Below the pieces are notes generated by a model, which ran no database searches, was not told the DNA's origin, and was given only the letters and a program-made list of their open reading frames with translations. The translations under genes and the position numbers were made by a program. This document shows positions 54,125-61,285 of a DNA stretch of 64,000 nt, one piece after another. This DNA is from an uncultured Candidatus Saccharimonas sp. (GTDB taxonomy: Bacteria; Patescibacteriota; Saccharimonadia; Saccharimonadales; AWTP1-31), in NCBI GenBank assembly GCA_943354005.1, contig CALRBE010000006.1:11674-75673 (forward strand). Reading direction: 5' to 3'. Within the stretch, counting starts at the first letter, position 1, and each line of letters begins with the position of its first letter.

Positions 54125-55555
54125 GTGTATAAGAAGATATTAACCTTAATTAATTCGCCAAGATCGTTACTTTTATTTGGATTTGGCTTAACTGGTTTAT
54201 CGCTCATTACTTTTAGTTATTCTTGGATCGTACTTTTTAGCCTTATTCCAATATTAATGTATCTTATGAAAAGTAAGGGTCTCAGCCGAAAGCAGATTAC
54301 GCTAGACTTCTATTTAGGTGGGTTCATCCTTTGTGGATTTGCTAATATATTTCTCTTTCAGATGTCGCCCGAAAATTGGGGTATTGGGTTAAACGGATGG
54401 ATTACAGTTGTAGCCAGAGCTATTGCATGGGTCCTAGTTTGCAGCTTTAGTGCATTAGCCTATGGGGCCCTTGGATATTGCTTGTCCAGTATAAAGTTGG
54501 CGGATAGACGCATATATATCCTGCCCCTTCTGTTTCCTGTAGCTGAAGTTCTACGCAGCTACCTATTCGCGGTAATGGCATATGGACCTGACGGAAGCTT
54601 GAGTCCAAACTTTAACTGGGGATCTTTGGCAGTTCCGGCTTCAGGAACAATATTAGTATATAGTTCACGCATTGTTGGCTTCTTCGGACTAACATTTATT
54701 ACTGTTCTTGTTAACTTGGCTTTGTTCTTATTAATTAAACGTAGAGTATATCCTTCCCTGATGATATTGTGTGCTATTGCATTAGTAACTACTCTTGGAT
54801 GGAAAATGGGAGAAAGTCAGCAAACTTCAAGAAAGATACTAGTTAGTTCCGTACATTTGTCCGAGACAGATGATATGAAGACGACTGATAAAACTCTATC
54901 TCCACCGAGTGGCACGGATATTCTAGTACTGCCAGAATATTCCGGCATAGAACAGAATAAGCAAGTCTCAAAGTATTTAAGTCCTCTTTCCAGTAATGGT
55001 GTAGCAATTACCAGTATAGTGAACGGTAGAAGTCCTAAGGGAACGAACCGTATTATATATCTGTCTAGGGATGGTCGAGTAATTGAGAGGCAGGATAAGA
55101 CATTCCTAATTCCTACTGGTGAGCTTCTTCCCTACAGTCTCCAGGCTTCTTTTAAGACTATTGGACGAAGTTCGATTAATGAAGATTTCCGATATACGCA
55201 GCAGCTAGAGCGAGGCAAGCAACTAGAGCGTGTATATGTGACTAAAGATGGTATAGCTATTGGAACACTAGCCTGCAGTGGAGTAAGTGCTTTGAATGAA
55301 TATAGCCGCCTGACCAACGAAGGGGCTGATGTACTGGTTAATACTGCTTCCTTGGCATTCTTACAGCCAAATAGCTTGTATCATGTCTACGCCCGTAATA
55401 TGGCTCGCTTTCAAGCTGTTTCCAATAACCGACCCTTCGTGCAGTCTAGCCGTAGCGGACAAAGTTATATATTAGATAATCAGGGAAAGACTCTAGTAGA
55501 ATCTTCTGGCCAGAACAACCAAATATTATCTGCAGAAGTATTTATAAGGCAATAA
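54125..55555 (+). CDS. lnt: apolipoprotein N-acyltransferase-like protein (multi-TM N-domain plus CN-hydrolase domain)
   Basis: It has about 7 TM helices followed by catalytic-triad contexts ILVLPEYSG (Glu), DKTFLIPTGELLP (Lys, cf E. coli YDKHHLVPFGEFVP) and IGTLACSG (Cys). Confidence 0.8.
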   Translation: MYKKILTLINSPRSLLLFGFGLTGLSLITFSYSWIVLFSLIPILMYLMKSKGLSRKQITLDFYLGGFILCGFANIFLFQMSPENWGIGLNGWITVVARAIAWVLVCSFSALAYGALGYCLSSIKLADRRIYILPLLFPVAEVLRSYLFAVMAYGPDGSLSPNFNWGSLAVPASGTILVYSSRIVGFFGLTFITVLVNLALFLLIKRRVYPSLMILCAIALVTTLGWKMGESQQTSRKILVSSVHLSETDDMKTTDKTLSPPSGTDILVLPEYSGIEQNKQVSKYLSPLSSNGVAITSIVNGRSPKGTNRIIYLSRDGRVIERQDKTFLIPTGELLPYSLQASFKTIGRSSINEDFRYTQQLERGKQLERVYVTKDGIAIGTLACSGVSALNEYSRLTNEGADVLVNTASLAFLQPNSLYHVYARNMARFQAVSNNRPFVQSSRSGQSYILDNQGKTLVESSGQNNQILSAEVFIRQ

Positions 55556-55559
55556 AAAA

Positions 55560-55580
55560 GCCCCGATTACTTATCGGGGC
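55560..55580. terminator. GC-rich hairpin after lnt (T-run lies on the minus strand side)
   Basis: The hairpin is GCCCCGAT-tactt-ATCGGGGC. On the plus strand an A6 run precedes it. On the minus strand a T6 run follows it. Confidence 0.55.
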
Positions 55581-55660
55581 TAAGAAGTATTTGAGCGGTC
55601 AGTCACGAGTGCTCATACGATCTTATGCATCATAGCATAAGAACTAATATAAGACAATGA

Positions 55661-55689
55661 AAAAGGAACTCCGATGTGGAGTTCCTTTT
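55661..55689. terminator. bidirectional intrinsic terminator after LPXTG gene
   Basis: It is a perfect 12-bp stem, AAAAGGAACTCC-gatgt-GGAGTTCCTTTT. It lies 28 nt downstream of the stop at 55718. Confidence 0.8.
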
Positions 55690-55717
55690 AAGCTGTCACA
55701 GCTAGGACTGAACTATA

Positions 55718-56818
55718 TTAGATACTCTTGCGTCGCATTACAAATCGGTGTGCGATTGCAGCGATTGCAGCAGTAGCGGCAAAGATAACTAGAATGTTTC
55801 CAGCACCTGTATCTGGAAGATTTCCAGATGGTGGTACGACTGGAGTTGTACCATTATTGAAAGTTACAGTACGAGTACAAGTTGTGCTTGTTACCCATTT
55901 TGTAGATCCGTCAGGCATCTTTACGTTTACACGAGCAGTGATAGTATAAGTACCATCTTTAGCGTATGTGTGTTCATCTGTTTGCTTGTTACTTACTGCA
56001 GTCTTGTCGCCCCAGTTGATTTCATAACCAACGATAGATGCGCCTTGACCTGTTGTCGCAGCATTGATAGTAGCACGAGTTTTTCGAGCTGTCTGATCAA
56101 GTACAGTTACATCTGTTACGCGGCATTCGCCGTCACCTGTTATAACAACAGGAACTACTTCTACTTTTACTTCGTAAACTACGATTACACGATCATCCCA
56201 ACATGCCCATACATCACCGCTTCCCTGTACTCGGCTACCTAAATTGAGGGTACCATTTACAGAACTGTCAGGAGCGCCTTGGAATCCAAGACTTTTACTG
56301 TATGTCTGTACTGAGTTTGCTACAAGACTTAACTTAACAGTTTTACCGTTACAGTTTAGTGTTGCACTGTCTGATACTGTAGGTGCGTTATCTGCAGTAA
56401 CTGTGCTATCAAACTTGAATGAACTTTGCGCTTTGTTAAGAGCAGCAGTTTGTCGTAGAACAACATTTCTTGCTACAGCAGAGCCTGAACCGTTGCCATT
56501 AAGACTAGGGTCAGCACCGTTGTGTATATATGTTCGAACATTAAAGCTAGAACCTACATTACATGCATCATTTAATGTACTTGCATAGTCCGCGTTACCG
56601 CCAGCTTTTGGTTTAACACGTACGAAGTCTGCTTCGTCTCCAGTACCATTTGGTACATCGTAAAACTGGTTAAACACTGGAGTAGCGCTTGTACCATTTC
56701 CATTTGGACTGTATTGGATACGAGCCTGAGCCGTACTACTGAATCCAATAGTAGCTACTACTACGAGAACAGCAACAGTTGCTGCAAGTCGGGTTAGAAA
56801 TTTATTGATAGTTTTCAT
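55718..56818 (-). CDS. LPXTG-anchored surface protein with PKD-like domain
   Basis: The signal peptide ends at ..STAQA. The PKD-like region is GYEINWGDKT..HTYAKDGTYTITARV. The C-terminal sorting signal is LPDTG, then a hydrophobic helix, then RRKSI. Confidence 0.8.
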   Translation of the reverse strand: MKTINKFLTRLAATVAVLVVVATIGFSSTAQARIQYSPNGNGTSATPVFNQFYDVPNGTGDEADFVRVKPKAGGNADYASTLNDACNVGSSFNVRTYIHNGADPSLNGNGSGSAVARNVVLRQTAALNKAQSSFKFDSTVTADNAPTVSDSATLNCNGKTVKLSLVANSVQTYSKSLGFQGAPDSSVNGTLNLGSRVQGSGDVWACWDDRVIVVYEVKVEVVPVVITGDGECRVTDVTVLDQTARKTRATINAATTGQGASIVGYEINWGDKTAVSNKQTDEHTYAKDGTYTITARVNVKMPDGSTKWVTSTTCTRTVTFNNGTTPVVPPSGNLPDTGAGNILVIFAATAAIAAIAHRFVMRRKSI

Positions 56819-56847
56819 TGTATATATCCTTATATTCTTTCTAGTCT

Positions 56848-58218
56848 TTAGACTGACTTGATACCTAATGCATCGTTAATTGCTTTTTCTCCGCTTACTA
56901 GTGTGTTTGCACTAGGCATAGCTACTTCACAAACTTCAAACGCTGGGTCGCAACCTACAATTGGTGGTTTAAATGGCAGAGTTGTTGTTGTCTGAGGAAT
57001 TGTAGTTGTAGTACGTGGTGGTTGTGTTGTCTGAGGGATTGTAGGCTGTGGAGGTAGTGTCCATGTAGTTGTAGTACGTGGTGGTTGTGTTGTAGTTGGG
57101 CCGGTGCCAGGATTGCCTGGACCAGTCGTTGGTGTTCCACCGCCGTTTGCAGGTGAATCTGTTACGCCACCAGGACCGGCTTCCGGGTTTGTTCCATTTG
57201 GACCTGCTGAACCGCCGGTAGCAGTATTGCCAGGTGCTGGACCAGTATTTACAGATACCTTACCATCCATAGTAGTTGTCGTTACTTCTAGTGTGCCGTC
57301 AGGCATTAAACGAACTTCCGTTGTAGTTCCATCTTCAGATACTGATACTTGTGGAGTTCCGTTTGGATCGAGTGATACATCACCCTTAGTGAATCCTCGA
57401 ACGAATATTCGTCCATCGAGTTCACCTTCTTTGTTAGTAGCTAGCAAAATCTCATAGAATCCATCAACATTTTTAGCAGTCTTGCGAAGTTTAAATTCGA
57501 TACCTTCAAGTGTCTCAGTGCTAATACCTTGAGTAAGCTGCATGCCAACAATGTCGTTTCGCTTTTTCTCATCTGCGTTATCTACATCGCGAACAGCCTG
57601 GAACTCAGTGATTTGCTCACCTTTTTGCGCCCAGTTATCGTTATATGCAGCAACCTGGTTTAGTGTCTTCCAAGCTAACTTACAGTCAGCAATAGCAACT
57701 TTTTTACCGTCAGCACCTTGATATGCAGCGATTTTAGCATTATATGCTGCTTCATAATTAAAGTTGATGTCAGTAACAGCACCATCATGTGCAGGAACAA
57801 CAACAGTAGCCATGATTGCAGCCAAAGATGCTTCATCACCGTTTCCTGCTAATGGGCCATTTTCGTTAAATAGAGATTGTATGTATTCACGAACTTGAGA
57901 TGACTTATCGATCTTACCTGTTTTAGGCATAAATGCATTAGGAGTATTGTATTTAGAACCATTTGCAGCAGCATTGCTTGATTCAAAATCATTACACATT
58001 TCTGCTGCTTCTTTATCAGTTGTTGGAGCAGCTGCGGCCTTTTCGGCTGAGTCGCTACAAGCATTTATACCAATTGCTGAGCTGGCAACAACGAGACCAA
58101 GTGCTAAAGCTGTACGTAAACGGCTTGAAATGTTGTTTCGCTCTATTTGTTCATGATTCGATACTAAAAGTTCTTGAGGAGCTACTGCGCCACCTGCTTG
58201 AGATTCATTATTTGACAT
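56848..58218 (-). CDS. hypothetical secreted protein, probable lipoprotein, with Gly/Pro/Thr-rich C-terminal region
   Basis: A GGAGGA SD lies upstream. A long N-region is followed by LALGLVVASSAIGINAC, where INAC is lipobox-like. The C-terminal repeats are TTQPPRTTTT. Confidence 0.6.
   Translation of the reverse strand: MSNNESQAGGAVAPQELLVSNHEQIERNNISSRLRTALALGLVVASSAIGINACSDSAEKAAAAPTTDKEAAEMCNDFESSNAAANGSKYNTPNAFMPKTGKIDKSSQVREYIQSLFNENGPLAGNGDEASLAAIMATVVVPAHDGAVTDINFNYEAAYNAKIAAYQGADGKKVAIADCKLAWKTLNQVAAYNDNWAQKGEQITEFQAVRDVDNADEKKRNDIVGMQLTQGISTETLEGIEFKLRKTAKNVDGFYEILLATNKEGELDGRIFVRGFTKGDVSLDPNGTPQVSVSEDGTTTEVRLMPDGTLEVTTTTMDGKVSVNTGPAPGNTATGGSAGPNGTNPEAGPGGVTDSPANGGGTPTTGPGNPGTGPTTTQPPRTTTTWTLPPQPTIPQTTQPPRTTTTIPQTTTTLPFKPPIVGCDPAFEVCEVAMPSANTLVSGEKAINDALGIKSV
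57001..57093 (-). repeat. perfect 30-nt direct repeat (57001-57030 and 57064-57093; 63-nt period) within the PT-rich coding region
   Basis: The sequence tgtagttgtagtacgtggtggttgtgttgt occurs twice. It encodes QPPRTTTT units. Confidence 0.9.
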
Positions 58219-58371
58219 ATGCGTTCCTCCTTAAAAGGTTCTATGGGATTAAATTCTTAATTGTATTAATAACTAAATTTGACTATTTCTATAACTACAA
58301 ATTGTTAAGTAACACATGTGGATTAGACTCTCTCAGATCTTACCTACACCACACAGATTTATTACTCGCCC

Positions 58372-58400
58372 ATTGTATCACGTTATTTCTTTTTTGTCAA
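58372..58400 (-). promoter_or_regulatory. consensus-like sigma70 promoter for the lipoprotein/LPXTG operon
   Basis: The minus-sense layout is TTGACA (58400-58395), a 17-nt spacer, then TACAAT (58377-58372). This implies a leader of about 145 nt before ATG 58218. Confidence 0.65.
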
Positions 58401-58420
58401 TATTATATTTATGCTTAGTT

Positions 58421-59227
58421 TTAGCGTAAGCGAGCTACTGCCTCAGCCATAGAATTATCTGCTACAGAGTGATTAAATCCTTCCACTTCACGGGGTGTTG
58501 CAATGATATTAGCAACACTCATGCCTAACCCTGTCAACTGATCAGTTAAAACCTGATGTCGTTGAGCTAATCGACTATTAATATCGTCAAGTTGTGATAG
58601 TTTGGAAGTATCAACCTCATACCCACTACCGAGACTAAGTACCCCAATATTTGCAGGTAATCTTCGTTCTAGTTGATGGTTAACTATTACCCCTATTGCA
58701 GGAGTGACTGCTACATCTTCAGGTTGGAACCGAGAAAAGTCACTAATCATGATTGTGAGGCCTCTACGGCACAAATCCGAAGCATCCTTATCGCTGTTAA
58801 GTCTTGTAAAACGTGTACGTTGCTCATCAATACCGTCAGTGTTGGCACCAGGAAGAGTAAATAGTCTCACCCTATCACTTGACTGCGAAAGATCTTGGTG
58901 CAAAAGTCGACTAATAGTGGCCGCTACACGCTCTTTCTTTAGAACAATACGAGGATCGCTGTCTTGTTCAAAATTACCGAGTATTACATTTGTCTGTAGT
59001 TGCCGGCCGGGCTGTACCTGACGAGAGTAGTGCTGACCTAATACTTCACCTAAGAAAGAAACTGGGTTAATATCTGCAGCAGTATGCTCTCCGTGGGCAA
59101 ATTCAGTATCAGCTGCTACATTACCAATTCGTCCGACTTCTTCGCGCCGAACAAGATGACTCCCGATACCTAAACGAAGATTTGGGGGTAAACGTGTAAG
59201 TTCAGCGGTGGTTTTTGAAAAATACAT
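58421..59227 (-). CDS. DUF58-like protein (MoxR-associated)
   Basis: Its position after a MoxR ATPase and the motif region GSHLVRREEVGRIGNVAADTEFAHGEH recall the DUF58 pattern G.H.SRR.G.G.EF...R.Y. An AGGAG SD lies upstream. The assignment is weak. Confidence 0.5.
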   Translation of the reverse strand: MYFSKTTAELTRLPPNLRLGIGSHLVRREEVGRIGNVAADTEFAHGEHTAADINPVSFLGEVLGQHYSRQVQPGRQLQTNVILGNFEQDSDPRIVLKKERVAATISRLLHQDLSQSSDRVRLFTLPGANTDGIDEQRTRFTRLNSDKDASDLCRRGLTIMISDFSRFQPEDVAVTPAIGVIVNHQLERRLPANIGVLSLGSGYEVDTSKLSQLDDINSRLAQRHQVLTDQLTGLGMSVANIIATPREVEGFNHSVADNSMAEAVARLR

Positions 59228-59251
59228 ATGTACTCCTATATTCTCAATCTG

Positions 59252-60250
59252 TTAGGCTGTGCTCGAAAGGATTTGAGAAACTATCGCAGGACCGCGATTA
59301 ACTGCATCGCTATGCGCCATTCCGACTCGAGCCGAGATGATCATTCCCATAGCGTGGTTAACAGCCTCATCGTTAACAACTGTTTCGCCACTCAATATCG
59401 TAATTACACGAGCTAATTTACGTGCTTGTACGCTAATTCGCTCTTCGCCGTCGTCTAGGTTTACTTCATCCCACAACGCATCAGAAACGTCTACTGACAT
59501 CTCAGCAATTTTGCGGTCGAGACTTTGAGGTATCTGCTTAAAAGAAGCTTCTCGGCGCATCTTATGGATTGTTGCTAAATCAGTTATAGGCTCTATCTTG
59601 CCACCCTTTGGTAATTCACCAATTCGGACAACATTATCTACTCGCATTGCTCTGTCGCCGCGATCAAATATTGCACCGACGGAAAAACGTGAGACCGTAG
59701 CATGAGCAACAGGTTGAGTAACTTCAAACGCTTCGTGTGGGTTCATCGTAGCCACTGCATACTCAAGATTCGGTACATTACGTGCACCGGCGAGCGTTAC
59801 AATACGGCGTGATTCAAGCATTCCAAGTAAACTTTCTGTGGTCTTTGCTGATCCACGGTTTACCTCATCTAGAACAACAGCTTGTGTCCCTTCGTTAATA
59901 AGTCCAGGAAGTGTTGTTTTTGAACGCTCTAAAGTTGTAACACCATCAGCGCTTGTAACTTCTTTCTCAAAAACACTTTCACCACCAATGAGTTGCATTC
60001 CAGTCAAGTCATTTTGAATAGGTATTTCTGTAACGTTTTCATCATAAATGTCGTGCACTAGGTTTGGTAGCGCTAAGGCAAGTTCGGTCTTGAATTTACC
60101 GGTACCACCTGCGAATACACCATTCACTCCTGCGGCAAGCATAACAATACCTGCGAACTTAGCGTGTTCACGGCCTATCATTACATTGCCAATTTGGCTC
60201 ATTGCTTCACTTACAAATTCTCTTCCGTATGCTTGTTCTGTAGTACTCAT
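59252..60250 (-). CDS. MoxR-like AAA+ ATPase with atypical P-loop
   Basis: Walker B is VVLDEVNRG, sensor-1 is ATMNP, and VSRF is present (cf MoxR LDRF). The Walker A region reads AGGTGKFKT, where Phe replaces the usual Gly before Lys-Thr. Confidence 0.75.
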   Translation of the reverse strand: MSTTEQAYGREFVSEAMSQIGNVMIGREHAKFAGIVMLAAGVNGVFAGGTGKFKTELALALPNLVHDIYDENVTEIPIQNDLTGMQLIGGESVFEKEVTSADGVTTLERSKTTLPGLINEGTQAVVLDEVNRGSAKTTESLLGMLESRRIVTLAGARNVPNLEYAVATMNPHEAFEVTQPVAHATVSRFSVGAIFDRGDRAMRVDNVVRIGELPKGGKIEPITDLATIHKMRREASFKQIPQSLDRKIAEMSVDVSDALWDEVNLDDGEERISVQARKLARVITILSGETVVNDEAVNHAMGMIISARVGMAHSDAVNRGPAIVSQILSSTA

Positions 60251-60259
60251 AATTTCTCC

Positions 60260-61177
60260 TTAATTGCTGACTTTCTTATAGGTTGGTTCTCTGCGTCGAT
60301 TCTTGAAACCAGTAATAAATAGGCCCACTCCTGCTATTCCAGCTGCAATTTTTAATGGCCATCTGTTTGGTTGATCTTGTTTCAAATTGTTATCTTCGAG
60401 TGTACCTTGAATAGTGTCGACCATCTTGTCTGTTTTGTCGGCATCAACGTCCCAATATTTACCACCGGTTTCTTTTGCAACTTTTTTAAGCTGCTCTACT
60501 ATTACGGGGTTAGAATCACCTTCTACATTAGCTACAAAAAATGGTATTTCTTGGGCATCAGCAGCTGCAATAACTGCATCGGCAGAGCCTGGTTCGTTTC
60601 CATTCGTTATAATAAATATACCAGATTTATTTTCTCCAATATTTCCCGTTTCACTTTTTATCTTTAGTGCCTCAGCAAGTGCTAGTGTATATGCTTGGTC
60701 AAGTGGTGCATCACCAAATGGCTCAGTTTCGGCAACCATAGAAGGTTCCATAGGATTTACTTCGCTATATGCCGCTACATAGGCAGTTGCATTGAAATCT
60801 TCGCTATCAAACATAGTAGCCATTGTATTTACCCCTTCAAGCGCCTTGCCTTGGACGGCTCCTGAGTGGTCAACAACAACCCCTAGATACGGAGCGGTCT
60901 CTTGAGTTGCTTCAGTTTGCCACGCAAGTCCGTTGAGCATTCCTACGGATATACCAGCAACGACTAATGTAGCTCTTCCTGTTCGAGCAAAACGCGAGAC
61001 TAGGCTTCCGCGTGAAGTCTCAGCGATACCAATATCGTTAAGCTCTGAAGCAAGTGCCTTTTCATCAATACCTATTTGCCTAACAGCTACAGTTTCAATA
61101 CCCATACCGGCAATAGCGCCTGCTGCTGCACCAATATACGGTAAATATTCAACTCCTTGAGTGATAATTTCTGACAT
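60260..61177 (-). CDS. membrane-anchored von Willebrand factor A-like protein (BatA-like)
   Basis: It has two N-terminal TMs and one C-terminal TM. The central vWA-like fold starts at LGVVVDHSGAVQG (a MIDAS-like DxSxx, degenerate). I trimmed the start to ATG 61177 because of the promoter geometry. Confidence 0.65.
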   Translation of the reverse strand: MSEIITQGVEYLPYIGAAAGAIAGMGIETVAVRQIGIDEKALASELNDIGIAETSRGSLVSRFARTGRATLVVAGISVGMLNGLAWQTEATQETAPYLGVVVDHSGAVQGKALEGVNTMATMFDSEDFNATAYVAAYSEVNPMEPSMVAETEPFGDAPLDQAYTLALAEALKIKSETGNIGENKSGIFIITNGNEPGSADAVIAAADAQEIPFFVANVEGDSNPVIVEQLKKVAKETGGKYWDVDADKTDKMVDTIQGTLEDNNLKQDQPNRWPLKIAAGIAGVGLFITGFKNRRREPTYKKVSN

Positions 61178-61184
61178 GATACAT

Positions 61185-61213
61185 ATACTACAACAGAAGT
61201 GCATTTTTGTCAA
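61185..61213 (-). promoter_or_regulatory. consensus-like sigma70 promoter, leaderless geometry for the vWA-MoxR-DUF58 operon
   Basis: The minus-sense layout is TTGACA (61213-61208), a 17-nt spacer, TAGTAT (61190-61185), atgtatc, then ATG(61177). Confidence 0.6.
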
Positions 61214-61285
61214 TATTATTCTGCTAATGGTAGTGATGCTAAGCTAAGTTAGTGCTTAAGTTTATTTTTTAGGGGTAGAAGTGTG

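Noticed and set aside
55586-55660. 15-codon ORF and short hairpins between the two terminators downstream of lnt.
   Set aside because: The ORF consists mostly of the terminator stem sequence itself. The hairpins have 5-7 bp stems and no supporting context.
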